Part shown: in pieces, positions 14,148-27,464 of the stretch
Numbering within the stretch: position 1 is the stretch's first letter
Layout: every line of letters starts with the position of its first letter
Source: Antedon mediterranea
Lineage: Eukaryota; Animalia; Echinodermata
DNA: 64,000 nucleotides
Assembly: GCF_964355755.1 (NCBI RefSeq)
Contig: NC_092677.1
Span: 14,406,101 to 14,470,100 of the forward strand
Direction: 5' to 3'
The notes under the pieces: generated by a model
Told to the model about the DNA's origin: nothing
The model's database searches: none
Seen by the model: only the letters and a program-made list of their open reading frames with translations
Translations under genes and position numbers: made by a program

Positions 14148-14775
14148 GCCATTTTGGATTTCAAAATGGCGGACCCCAAATTTTCACTTTTCAGGTATAT
14201 CTCTGCTAAAAAGGCACCTAGAGTTCTGATTTTAGGTGCAAATTATATGGTAGTGGGGTCACCAAACATATTGGTATAACTAAGATTTTGATTGCATGGC
14301 GGCCATGTTTGATTTCAAAATGGCGGACCCCAAATTTTCACTTTTCAGGTATATCTCTGCTAAAAAGGCACCTAGAGTTCTGATTTTAGGTGCAAATTAT
14401 ATGGTAGTGGGGTCACCAAACATATTGGTATAACTAACATTTTGATTGCATGGCGGCCATGTTGGATTTCAAAATGGCGGACTTCAAATTTTCACTTTTC
14501 AGGTATATCTCTGCTAAAAAGGCACCTAGAGTTCTGATTTTAGGTGCAAATTATATGGTAATGGGGTCACCAAACATATTAGTATAACTAACATTTTGAT
14601 TGCATGGTGGCCATCTTGGATTTCAAAATGGCGGACCCCAAATTTTCACTTTTCATGTATATCTCTGCTAAAAAGGTACACAGAGTTCTGATTTTAGGTG
14701 CAAATTATATGGTAATGGGTCACCAAACATATTGGTATAACGTCTTTGATTGCATTGCCACCGGCGGCCATTTTG
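14148..14775. repeat. Subterminal 154-bp tandem repeat x4, left arm of Academ element
   Basis: gatttcaaaatggcgga recurs at 14157, 14311, 14465 and 14619. Confidence 0.9.
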
Positions 14776-14847
14776 AACGTAGCTCAAACTGTACTGGCTT
14801 TACACTATTTGTTTATGTTTATAGTTACATGCATTTAACATGGACAC

Positions 14848-15798
14848 TTATTGTAGGTCACATTTTCCCTGGCAACCACACAGCTCTGTACATCGTAAAT
14901 CACTCTTTCTGCATTTACAGCGTCCAAGATCACAGTCGGTGTGTCCACAGCGAATTAAAACCTTTGACATCTGAAAGTTCCAGCAATGAACTGTTTCACT
15001 AACATCCCCTACAGACAATGGAGTGTGGAGCACTGTGGCGCAGTTGTTAGAGCATTGGACTTGCAATCAAGAGGTTGCTGGTTCAAGCCCGGTCGGTCAC
15101 TGCAGTGTTGAGTCCTTAAGCAAGATTCTTTATCCACATTGTTCCTCCCCACCCAGATGATAGAAATGGGTACCGGTATGTAAAAAGTACTGGGAAGGTA
15201 AATCAGACTCGTTTGTGCGGGAGGAGTGGCGTACCCCCACAAACTTACACACTTAGTGGAGTCTGGCTCAAACGCTAAAGAAATGGAGATGGGCACCACG
15301 GCCATTATCATTAGCTTAGGTCTCGACACTTTACCTTACAGACAATGACATCCTATCGAAAACTGAAGTCATTCATGGCATCTTTTTCCAAGTCTCGTTA
15401 AATGTAGCTTTACCTTTTCCTTGAACAGATGAAGTTGTATCACAACCGCTAAAGGAATGAAAGAACAAGTAAGCGGCTGATGCTTGTGGTCCAAGAGAAG
15501 AAACAATCTTGTGTATTGGGATGTGCTTCCCCACTCCAAACTCGATCCAAAGCTCGTGGATCCTAGGTATTCTGTGGAAAGCTGACAATGCAATAACAAT
15601 AACATCACTGTCTACAGTCTTGACAAGAATACGCGGAAAAATTTCAGCGGCATGTTTAACATGAACAAACATACATTCATCTGCCTCTATGTTACGTGGC
15701 ATCAGCAGTTGTATATTTACAGACTGGTTTGTTGCAGCTCTTTCTCCTAGAGACCCTACAAACATTCCGTGATTTGTGTCAACTTCGATTAGTGACAC
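14848..15798 (-). pseudogene. Academ transposase C-terminal fragment (XPG-like + Cys-rich), left arm
   Basis: ORFs 15373..15798 and 14848..15066; interrupted by a SINE and lacks ~245 bp present in the right arm. Confidence 0.8.
15021..15336 (+). mobile_element. Full-length tRNA-derived SINE
   Basis: 11-bp TSD tacagacaatg (15010-20, 15337-47); A box TGGCGCAGTTGTTAGAGC; B box GGTTCAAGCC; CORE/Meta-like body (gtccttaagcaag...ccacccag...aaatgggtacc); tail ctttacct. Confidence 0.9.
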
Positions 15799-16842
15799 GA
15801 CTAGATTTGTTTTTCGATAGATACTTTAATGACAGTTTAAAGTCTGGTACGCGTTCAAGCCGCGTTTCTGGTGTAAGGAGGGTCGTTAAAGCCAGCGGGA
15901 GCATGCCCAACAATTGGACCACATTTTTTAGATTTAATTACAACAAATCGGAGTGGTTTTCATTTATTGTAACTGAAGTAGTAGAGAACATTGGCACAAA
16001 TCACGGAATGTTTGTAGGGTCTTTGGGAGACAGAGCTGTAACAAACCAGTAAATATACAATCGCTGATGCCATGTAACATAGAAGAGGCAGATGAACGTA
16101 TGTTTGTTCACGTTAAACTTGCCGCTGAAATTTTCCACGCATTGTCAAGACTGTAAACAGTGATGTTGTTGTCAGCTTTCCACAAAATACCTGGCATCCA
16201 CGAGCTTCTGATCGAGTTTGGAGTGGGGAAGCACTTGAAGTACATCCCAATACACGAGATTGCTTCTTCTCTTGGATCACAAGCATCAGCCGCTTACTTG
16301 TTCTTTCATACCATTAGCGGTTGTGATAGAACTTCATCTGTTTAAGGAAAAGGTAAAGATACATTTAACGAGACTTTGAAAAAGATGCCATGTGTGACTC
16401 CAGTTTTTGAGAGGATGTCATTGTCTGTAGGGCATGTTAGTGAAACAGACACAGATTATCTAGAACAGTTTGTTGTAACTATGTCTACTGCAGAACATTT
16501 AATGATGCAATACGATATCTTTTTACAACAAGAGAAAGACTATTGAAAATATCCCCCAACATCTGCGGCATTAAGAGAACATGTGAAACGGAAGCCAGGA
16601 AGTGGTACGACTGTCTAGATGCATTCAGGGTTGAACAGGACCCAGCGAACTGGGGATAGAGGAAGGACGGCAACAAATTTAGTACAGCTTGGAGTTCATT
16701 GCTTGGAGAACTTTCAGATGTCACAAAGGTTTTAATTCGCTTTGGACACACCGACTGTGATCTTGGATGCTGTAAATGCAGAAAGAGTGATTTACGATGT
16801 ACAGAGCTGTGTGGTTGCCAGGGAAAATGTGACCTACAATAA
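15790..16842 (+). pseudogene. Academ transposase C-terminal fragment, right arm (frameshifted)
   Basis: RLDLFFDRYFNDSLKSGTRSSR...MPNNWTTF; EEADERMFVHV; FFHTISGCDRTSSV; ends CTELCGCQGKCDLQ*; several frameshifts and stops. Confidence 0.8.
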
Positions 16843-16909
16843 GTGTCCGTGTTAAATGCATGTAATTATGAACATAAACAAACAGTGTAAAGCCAGTACG
16901 GGTTGAGCT

Positions 16910-17680
16910 ACATTCAAAATGGCCGCCATGTAATCAATGACGTTTTACTAATATGTTTGTTGACCTCAATACTATAATTATTATACTTTGTACCTAAAAT
17001 TATAACTGTAGTTTCCGTACTGAAACATTTTGAGTTCGCCATTTTGAAATTCAAAATGACCGCCATGCAATAAAAATGTCAGTTAAATACCAATATGTTT
17101 GGTGACCCCATTAACATATAATTTGCACCTAAAATCAAAACTCTAGGTGCCTTTTTAGCAGAGATATACCTGAAAAATGGAAATTTGAAATCCGCCATTT
17201 TGAAATCCAACATGGCCGCCATGGAATCAAAATGTTAGTTATACCAGTATGTTTGGTGACCCCACTACCATATAATTTGCACCTAAAATCAAAACTCTAG
17301 GTGCCTTTTTAGCAGAGATATACCTGAAAAATGGAAATTTGAAATCCGCCATTTTGAAATCCAACATGGCCGCCATGGAATCAAAATGTTAGTTATACCA
17401 GTATGTTTGGTGACCCCACTACCATATAATTTGCACCTAAAATCAGAACTTTAGGTGCCTCTTTAGCAGAGAAATACCTAAAAAGTGAAAATTTGAAGTC
17501 CGCCATTTTGAAATCCAAAATGGCTGCCATGCAATTAAAATGTTAGTTATACCAATATGTTTGGTGACCCCATTACCATATAATTTGCACCTAAATTCAG
17601 AACTCTAGGTGCCTATTTAGCAGAGATATACCTGAAAAGTGAACAATTTGGGTCCGCCATTTTGAAATCCAAAATGGCGG
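16910..17680. repeat. Subterminal ~154-bp tandem repeat x~5, right arm (inverted relative to left)
   Basis: tccgccattttgaaatc recurs at about 154-bp spacing. Confidence 0.9.
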
Positions 17681-18217
17681 CTTTCCCCTGACCAAATTTT
17701 GTGCAACTCTTCTATTTCATATTTTTGACACCCTAATGAATAACTGTGCAAAGTTTCAGAATGTTATCACAATTTGAAGGATTGGGTCACTTAACAGGCC
17801 TACTATAAGGGGTTTTTGATAATGAGGGTGAGATTTTTTAGCAGTCACGCTAAAGAAAAATGATTAATTATGTTTTCTCTCTTCCCTACCTATACCTAGT
17901 TCATTTTCACTAATATTCGACACTAAAAATAAATTCTGTGAAGTCATTCACATTCGGTACCGTATCAAAAATGTTAAACACATAACATTTAATGATTGAA
18001 TTTGTTTTCGAGGAAATTTCATACTAAATTAAACACAATAATTATAGAAATAGAGTAGGATAATAAGCTGTTATAGGTGGTCTAAGCAACTCCCTGGTCT
18101 TGCTTATGTGAAAAAATATAATATGGAAATGTGGAGAAACACACTAACTCAATCATTTATTAGATCTATCTATTTTTTAAATGTAGGTTTATTGTTAGGA
18201 GGTACGGAAGCTTGAAT

Positions 18218-18243
18218 CATAGAGATGTAAATGTACCTCCATG
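18218..18243. mobile_element. 26-bp hairpin micro-insertion with 7-bp TSD (P-element-like ends)
   Basis: cttgaat-CATAGAGATGTAAATGTACCTCCATG-cttgaat. Confidence 0.55.
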
Positions 18244-20142
18244 CTTGAATGGGTACCTAAGTATAGTATTATACCAGGGAGACAACTCTCTGATTATATA
18301 TACTGTACTATGTGTGCTAATACTACTAATAGCAAAATGTATTGGATAATAATATAATAAGTACTGTCTACAGTGTATTATTTACCTCAAGGCCAAATAG
18401 CGTAAGTATAATAGAACTAAAATGTTAATATGAGAAGGTGCTTCAGCTATTATGTGTACTTAATGGGTGAAACGAGTACCATATTTAAGTATAATGTTGA
18501 TGGTATTTGTATTGATCAGAAAAAACCTTTTAATATGAACAATTAAGGTTTGTTTCCTTGAGGACAATGATTTGACTAAACAAAAAGCACTGGATCATCC
18601 GTACCGTCAACTCACTTGCGTTGCGCCTAGAGAAACAAGGAATATAAAATGTAATAATTTTAAAAACGAATAACTGTATAATGGTCTTCATCATCCAGGG
18701 AAGGTAAAAAATAAGTGAAATACCTGGTTCAAATTTGCAATACTGTATTGTACACACATAGAACTACAATGATTCCTGAAACCATATACTGGCCACAAAC
18801 AATTTAAATGTGTAGGCCTATTTATCAAGACATCTTACTAGTATTTCAGTATTTTTTCACACATAACTTAAAAACAGGTTTGTATGGAAACAAAAGTTTA
18901 TTAATCGTTGTAGCAGGGCCCATGAGGATAACATATTGTGTACGACTGCATTCTGAAGGAGAAAGGGTTTGGAGGCACGGATAGGTAAAACTTACCACTG
19001 TTTTGGGGTTCTTTTACATGCTTAGAACCATGGGTTTACGTATGTCTTTATAGACCCGAGACGCAGAAAGGCAAATTTCATATACTGTTTTCATAGTTTT
19101 TGCAAAAACAGTATTTTGTCAGTAGGACAAATATCTTTCTCAGTAGATTAGGCTAGTTGGCAAATTGTTTGCAAAACATTTAGCCTACCAATTACTTGCT
19201 ATTTTTGAATGATTTTTAAAAATAAATTAATTATCATTTATTAATTATGGGATTCATAATTTTGGAATCAAATTCAACAAACAAACGATTTTATATACGT
19301 ACCTCTGGTCCAACCGCGTAATTAAAGCTCTTTAGTTTGGATAAAAATGTGTGAATTTAATTGATTCATTCCGCTCATTATTATCATATTTTATTATGGT
19401 TTTTTTTATATGCGACAAGCAAAGACAATTTTCGAACCAGAGTGCTTGAGGAAATAAAATAATTTAATTTTATTGAATAAATAAATAAATTTAGTTAGGG
19501 AATAATCATACAGGCATTGCATTCAAATCCAACCGATGATGGTATGGTAGTAGTAGGCCTATTACTGGAAAGTCGAAGATAAATGTGTGTAGTTATAATT
19601 AATCACAACTTTATTGAAAACATCTGATAGTCGGTATACAAACAAAACCCTTTTAGATTTAGGGTGTGTTGTCTGGGATTATTTATGTTTTTTAAAGTTT
19701 GAGTAAACCTACCCGGACACGCACCTAATTCGGTAAGAGTTTAATAAGAATTTACGTTCATATATTGGCTCTATGACAATTATACGCATGGTGGAATTAG
19801 TTTTAGTAATGGCGCTTGTAGTTTTAAAAATAGTTTTTTTCAATTACATAACTTAGCATTATTAGGCTGGAAACGTATGCCTTGGCAGATTGAGATTTTA
19901 CTGACTTTATGATATTCATTCAGTAATAATAATAATAATAATAATAAGATTTTTATAGCGCACATACCACTCCAGAGTGCTCAAGGCGCATTTAAAAATA
20001 AAAAAGAAATAAATCATACAGTAGGCTTGCACCTACACACTTGGACCACCATGCTTGGACGCAACACAACGACACGTAGCGTGACGAAAAGCAGTCCACA
20101 ATCACATCCTATCACCTCAATAATGATTACTTACGGCGTTGA

Positions 20143-20400
20143 AGCGTGGTTCCCACTAGCGACGCAACGCAAGGACGCAACGCAAGTGAATTGACCAATC
20201 ACAAGCGATGGCTTATTCGCTTTTGATTGCTAACTGTCTATAACTTCGCTTGTCATTGGTTAAAACGCTTGCGTTGCGTTTACGTCCTTGCTAGTGGGAA
20301 CCAAGCTTGAAGCGTGGTTCCCAATTAGCGACGCAACACAAGGACGTAACGCAATGCAAGTTAATTGACCAATCACAAGCGATGGCTTATTCGCTTGTGA
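20143..20400. mobile_element. PIF/Harbinger-like MITE (20143-20307) followed by a truncated tandem copy
   Basis: TIR agcgtggttcccactag / ctagtgggaaccaagct; TGA TSD; second copy starts at 20311; related fragments near 2335-2403 and 21410-21485. Confidence 0.75.
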
Positions 20401-21577
20401 AAGTAAATGCTAAATCGACTCGTGTTACATGCTTCTTGACCATGGAGTAAGTTGTGAATCTTGTCAGTGGCTTATGCAGCAGTTTTATACTAAGTACATA
20501 CAGTACTTATAAGAAATAATGCTAATTTGAAGTTCAACTTTATCCATAAAGGCCCAGATAACAACGCATAGTTCATCTTTTTTCGTTTCGTGCATTTATA
20601 ACAGAACTACAAATATGCAGTAAAGTACAAGCAAGTGTTTTCAAACAATTTAGGATGTTTATATAAAGTGAACGTAGTCTATACTTCAGAACACGAGCCA
20701 CTTAATATGTTTGAGTTTAAATAACACTTTTAGAAAAGACAAAAATGTTTGAGCATTTTTGCCACACGAACAGATTATAGTTATCAATGTTGGTGATCTG
20801 TTGATTGCTGGACAGCAAATAGGGCGTAACCATCCATGTTGTCAAACCAATTGATGGTGTTATTTTTGCTTCCGTTAACCATGGTAATGGACACAAATAG
20901 TTTAAGAACCACCACGTGGTGTGTAGAAATACGCAGTTGTTCTGATTGCTGTCTGATTCACGCAAGTTACGCATCTGCAATAAAGAGCGGCCGCGACTCA
21001 TGACGATTGCACTTTCGATGCCGTCGTGTGTGACAGGTCACCAGTATCCATCCTGTCATTGGTGTAATATTTGGCAGCATGGAGCAAACTATAATAATAG
21101 ACAATGCAAACGCCATCGAATTTAAAGAACCAGAATACAATGAAATAATAATGAACGACTTAAAGAAATCTCCTTAGGCCTATAATAAAAATCGCAATTT
21201 GGTTTAACATTAAAACAATTACCTAATTCTCAGCGCCTACAATATTTCCCCAGTATTATAGGATATTTTAATATAAATGGTAACCTTTTTTAAATAGCGG
21301 CCGACACCCGTGGTGCATACAAAAAACACATTGGTTTGTTTTTTCTCTCTTCTCATGTTCATGAAATATAGCCAAAAAAATGAACATTGGCTTGGCTATT
21401 GAATCAAAAACGTAAGTGCAAAGAAGTGATTTGACCAATTACAAGCGATGGATTATTCGATCTGTTACTCGTCACATTGGTAATTGTTTTTTATTTCATA
21501 CGCATCCAACAGCGAGCGACTCGCCAATTACAGGATGGATAAACTATTTAATACTTTATCATGCTTATAAACTAAGT

Positions 21578-21690
21578 CTCATTTGAGGCTTAGTGAGTGG
21601 AGTTGAAAGAGTCGTGAGTTACAACGGATTGAACCCCGGACCTTAGGATTGGAAGGCAAGCACGTTAACCACCAAGCTACACTTCACTAC
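21578..21690 (-). mobile_element. tRNA-derived SINE 5' fragment
   Basis: Reverse strand reads tagcttggtggttaacgtgcttgccttccaatcctaaggtccggggttcaatcc; related copy at 40297-40405. Confidence 0.65.
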
Positions 21691-21937
21691 TTTTGCGTTA
21701 TGTCTTTGCATTGCGTCTTTAGTGACGCCAAACACAAATTGGTTTTCAATGCAGTCACGAGCCTCGTGTTGCCCAAAAGTCGTAACTGACCAATCAAATA
21801 CCAAGTATACACTTGGGGTGTAGTTGATTCAAAATCACTATTGCATTGTAACTTTCTCATAGGTGTAAATAAGTAGGCTTAATCTAGACAAAAATACTGG
21901 TTATTATGGTTTTATTATGTGTTGGATATTACATATT

Positions 21938-24305
21938 TTAATGTTTATGGAACCGTTTAAACTTTCGATTACGAGCTACATATTTTTCAATTTTTGGGCA
22001 TGCTGTTGTAACTAGTCTTATTACTCGCTTTTCTTGAAGATCTTGTAGTATTTGATATTCATTCGGTATATTATGCCCTATCACAAAATCACCTATTTTG
22101 ATGCTCGAGTAATAGTTATATGTTAGTCTGGTGCCATCTGTTGCCTTGCTAAACGGGTAGAAACCGTACAAGGATATTCTTTTACAAATTGTGGAAGCTA
22201 AAGAGTACACGAATAAGCCGGATGAAGGATAGCTAGTTGTGTTCCATAATCTGCAAGAAAAACAATACACAACATTAAATATACAATTGAAAGATTGGCA
22301 CTTATAACAAAAAGTCTAACTGACCCCTTCCCTCCCCCACCTGCATACTGAAAATTGCGATGCCAAATTTTAAAATCTAGGATACGCCACTGACACACAT
22401 TTAAACATTTTACACATGACACAACTCTACTTACTTTTGAATAAAATCTCCTAACGGATCCTGTGGATGCAGAATCGTTGTATTTACGTATTGGCTAATC
22501 TTAGATGACAATTTCAAATCAACTGTGGTATACTTTGAAAACCAGAGATACGCTTTATCAAGTAGACTTAGAGTTTGCAAAGACTCTGAACAATTTTCTG
22601 TAGGATTTGTTATACACTTCACAAGTTGTCTGGTTCCTTGGCTGTTCAAAGCCATGAAATCTACTTTATCTCCTACATCTATATCGTAGCCATGAATCGG
22701 AGCCATGTTGATACGAAATACAAAGTCATGCGCATTGATTTCGTCTCCGCAACGACTGTTACGTAAAACACCACCATTACCAACAATTGCACAGTTGTCT
22801 GGTTCTTTCATATTGAATTTATAAGGTGATTGTCTGATTCGGAACATTTTCCCGTTAATCTCCTTTATGATTTCAATCGTGTTTGATAATGTTCTTTTCC
22901 GAGATAGACCACCAGAAATAAGGTTTTGTCTAATAAGATAAAAAGTTCAAACTAATAATAGAAAGGGCCTATAACCGGACGCAAAAGAGTTTGGATTAGC
23001 ATAATATGGTTCTCGGGTGTAAATAGTAAAACTACTGGAAACCATAGAAATAGGTTTAATGTAAATACTTTCGCAAAGTTATGTGTGCTATAACCGAGAC
23101 ATGTCATCTAGGGTTGAAAGTGAAATATTTGAATCTACTTTGAAGTATAGGCCTATTATATGGATTTGAGTGTGTATAATTCTTCTGTGTCAGAAAGTGT
23201 TACAGTATTCCCCTTTGGTATGCAGTCTTTTGATGTTCGTATTTGCAATTACTTATTTAAAGATAGGGTCACCCCTTGTTATGTGAATAGAGCAAATAGA
23301 AGTGTCTTACTTAACATCGGCTGCTTTCACTGTATCGATTTGCGTAGACAAACTTTGGAGAAACCAATCTGTATACTGACTTTTTACCGGTACTTCAAAC
23401 TGATTAGTTTTCTTTACATAAGAAATGTTTCTGTTAAAAGAAGCAGACATAATGGCTATTGAAAAGTGGTAACTTTGTAACTTATTTGATTTATAATATA
23501 ATTCCAGTGAATGGGTACAAATTTAACCTTTTCTAATAACACATTTGAAATCAGCACTGCTGACTCTTATGGCAGCCCCTGCATCTAGTATCTGCCTCAG
23601 ACCTCTAGTCAAGGTGGGCACTGGACGAGAGAAACTCTTGATCAATGTTAGGACCAATCAAGGTGCTTTAAACAGTTGTATCAAACCTGTTAGTGGTGGT
23701 AATTATCGCTGTTGTTTTTGATTGAATAAAATAAAATAAAAATAAATAAAATAAGAAGTTGATGCAAAATGACATATTTTCCATATAGAAAGTAAAATCA
23801 AAAGAAATAAGTGTTTCACTTCACAAATAAGTTAAAAAACAATTATCTATAATTTTAATAATTTTTACCTCATGAGTACAAATAAAAAAAATATGTTCTT
23901 TAATATTTTGATATAATAATTAACAACACTCCATGATAGGCCTACCAATTTAACAAACCGGCATACATAATAGATGAATATTCTGCTTAGAAACTATACC
24001 ACATGTTTGTTGACATAATTCACAGTAGGTGTGTTATAAAACAATGAATTTATTCGTGCAATGGAGCAAATAATTTCATTGGGTGAAATATGTACAAGAA
24101 ACTATATATAAACCCATCCTTACCGCTTCTCGGATTGAACACGTTTGCTTTGATGTAATTGGATGAGATTATGTAACTCCTCTTGTTGTTCGCCTATTAT
24201 CTGCCGTCTGTGGGATGTCATGATAGTCGTCGTACAGAATATTATAATGGAAAATATCAAAACAACAAATATATAATTCTTTTCAGTAACCCGACGTTGT
24301 TTCAT
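21938..24305 (-). CDS. Alpha-2,8-sialyltransferase-like protein (GT29, ST8Sia-like), paralog B, 369 aa
   Basis: Exons 24305-24124, 23430-23311, 22929-22435, 22250-21938 (1110 nt, phase-2 GT-AG introns). Signal anchor YIFVVLIFSIIIFCTTTIM; motif L CAIVGNGGVLRNSRCGDEINAHDFVFRIN; motif [26 protein letters not shown]; motif III variant YNYYS; VS HNIPNE; late Cys (VTTACP). Confidence 0.92.
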
Positions 24306-27300
24306 AGTGTGGTTTGGAAAATCCTGAAGAAAAACATTCATATTTTCGAAAATAATATTGAGAAGAATAGTAAGCCCTGGAATAAAGCATTTAACGAGTT
24401 TTAGTTGTTTAATTAGTGAATAAATTAAACTGTTAATCAAGTTATTCACTTTCGCAAAAAAAACTCTACGAAAATGACTTCACTTCTGAACGAGAGAATC
24501 AGAATAATGGACATTCGACTGACTTTTTTCCTTTAAATTACTTTTTATTCAAGTAAAATTGGCCTGTTAAACAACAATTTTTTTAGGGCGACAATACCAG
24601 TATATATTTAATCAACTCAAAGAAAATGCAAAACTTTACTCCCAACTTAGCTTTTGTCGGAATGATGATAAGAAACATATATTGTAAAACATAAGAATAA
24701 AATAAAGTTTCTACCTATATTAGTTATGGAGATACGTAAATCCTGTGAAAATTACATAAAATCCTTTAAAAATAAGTTCAAATTCAGCATTTCCGGTCAT
24801 TTTTGGACATAAGAAAGAATATAAACATATAAATTCTGAACAATTTAAAAAAAAACTCTCTATACATTAACTACCGGTTGGCGTTCTATGGGTACCCTAT
24901 GTTTTTACCCTTAATTTGCATATTTCAGCTATTTTGCATATGTTCCCAATGTGTAAACGAGGTGTGATTTGTGGAATTTCATCTCCACATCATGTGTGTT
25001 CAAAGCTTTGTTTGCAATTTGTTTGAATTTAAATTCTAGGTTGCCTAGACTATACCTACCTGATGCATAGAAAAATACTGTATATGTATATAGCGGCCAT
25101 TTGGGGTTTATGGACATTAACCTAATTTCTTCAACTACATTTGTTCTCAATTTATAATATGTTGTTCTGATAGGTCTTTAGAGATATTTACCACAAAAAT
25201 AAATTCTGTTCTAATTTTGTCTAGATAGACCCATTATTGTGGCTACATTGACTTGCATACTACTTTGTCTGACGGTGTAGCTACTGCTCTAGAAATTATA
25301 CCAGTGACTTTTTGTGTGCTTAGCGTCAGATCAGATATTGTTTTGTAGGTACGTTTACGCCTATAGCCAATCACTCATGCGTTAAACCCAATGAGTATTT
25401 GGATCAATCCTCTACTGTATCATGAATACTTACTTTCTTACCATAGCCAGTCTCCTCTCATTATTGGACCTTAATTCTGACTAAAATTCTGCCAGAACTC
25501 CACCCATTTTGTAAACAAATCGTCTGTAATTCCGTAAACTCATGGTGCACGGTATTCTATAACATGCGGTTTGGTAAAGCCCGACGACCCGTCATCCAAA
25601 ATTGATGCTTTGTACAAACAAACCAATTGTCAACCCTTATGACGTCATCCAAACACAATGAAATTTCGAACAATTGGAAATTGAGTGTTGCATTGAAATT
25701 GAAATTGTACGTTACACCCCCATACATACGTATAGAACTGAAACATAAATCTTAGCATATAGTTATAAAATAATAAAAGTGTCACAAAATCTAAACCTAT
25801 AGGCTATTCCATTTTTAAAAAACGAAATACATGTTAGTGAGTGAATCTCAGTGGGAATGAACATACGTCATATTCAAAAAGCTAAATCAAAATGATAAAG
25901 CAAAAGAGCCAGAAAAAACTTGCCAACTTATTTTCTTATTGAAAAGTAATAATCATTAGTTTCAAAACTGATATTTTCATCAGAAAGCCCAAATAAAATT
26001 CAAGTTTTATAAAATATTTATTTAAAAACAGTGATTAAAAAAAATATAAATGTTTTATTAACATTTTTATTATATTATTTTGTTCAATTATTTTGACACA
26101 AGTTTACAAGCATAAACAACAAAAAACCCACAATTATTCATCTATTCCTATAATTTTCTGTAGATATAATTTTTTATGGCGACATTAATATCATGTTGTA
26201 GGCCTAGAGTTTCAATTAAAGTTCACATACTTTTATGGATTATTATGCGTAAAAATAGTATGGTCCTCATTAGACGTACTCGACTGGGCTGATTTTTTTA
26301 GCAGATATGATCGGTATATCTAGCTGAAAATCCTCACTATTTGTAGCCCATGCGAGCAGTGGGAGTAGATAACTGCGAAGTTTTTGCTAGGCTAGGCTAG
26401 GTTAAGCTAGCGTGACCAGTCTAGTCAAATGCGCCTACCCATTCAGCATTACATGGTATGCCATGTGTATGCTGGTTAGAAATCACTTTTTGCTGACTTC
26501 AACGGCTTTGTTTTTAATGAAAAGTCCCACATGGTGAACACTCTTAAAGCGGTTTAATCCCAGGATATGAGGATTTTAAGCCACTGATGAGTGTCAACCC
26601 AGACTGTCTTTGTAAAAACCTTCACACTAAAAATTCTAAGAAGAATAGCCTCAAAAGAAGGGTAAAACAATCACATAAACAAGAATAAGTAGTACCATGG
26701 AAGATAATTGCCTAATTGTTTGTAAATTTATAATTTTCTAATCGGTCACTTGTAGTATGGAAGGCCAAAACACTTTTCGAATAATAGAAAGTAAAACCGT
26801 GTATGGAAATTATCAAACTTATTTATAAATTTACGTTTTTTAAAACCCTGTAAAATACTTGTTGTAAAAGTTCCATTGTAACTGAAATTTAATAGATCAT
26901 CGCCTTAATGCTTACGTCATTTTTACCCTGCAGATTATGGTGTTCAACTATATTCGGATAGAGATATTCCAGTGACCTCTATGATTCTTCCGAAAGAAAG
27001 TATCCACATTTAAGGTGGGAATAAGTATAAATAATATATATTTAGTTTGAAGATTAGGATAAATATAGATTTAATTGTTTATGTTTCATTCATACAAAGC
27101 ATTCCTAAAATGACAGCTTAATATTGTTCATTTACGTGTTCGGTTTGTTGTTTTTACGGTCTTGTATTCCATACAACTTAAGTAAGGTTAATAAGTGTGT
27201 AAAAAGCGTCTCTGATTTGTGTAACCGCAACGATGTGTAGGCCTCTAAAAACACTGCTGCTCTAAATAAAATAGTATTGTAAAACATTATATTGTTATTG

Positions 27301-27464
27301 TATGTAGGCCTATTTAGGCACATGTGGCCAAGGTTTACCAATATAGTAGTAAATCACTGTCCTATCAGATAATAGTGGTAATCCCACTGAACAAGGGCTA
27401 TTTTGTGAACCAGTTCAAATCACCGGGATAACCCCCTCGAATAATGACGACCTGGGTTCTTTAA

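Larger units (their letters stand above)
14011..17805. mobile_element. Academ-derived DNA transposon with palindromic (foldback) structure
   Basis: Termini TAGTAGGC...GCCTACTA with 3-bp TSD TAA (14008-10, 17806-08). Decayed XPG/PIN-like nuclease motifs (EEADERMFVHV, KTVDSDVIVIAL, FFHxxSGCDTTSS, GKGK) and a Cys-rich tail (CxCRKSDLRCTELCGCQGKC) occur on both arms in opposite orientation. Confidence 0.85.

Noticed and set aside
15021-15100. Functional tRNA gene (also 1857-1916 and 21620-21690)
   Set aside because: No complete acceptor stem or terminator; continues into a SINE body with a TSD, or is truncated.
25360-25650. CCAAT boxes and CRE (TGACGTCA at 25640) as the promoter of sialyltransferase B
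   Set aside because: Plausible, but short motifs alone are insufficient and the region may be transposon-derived.
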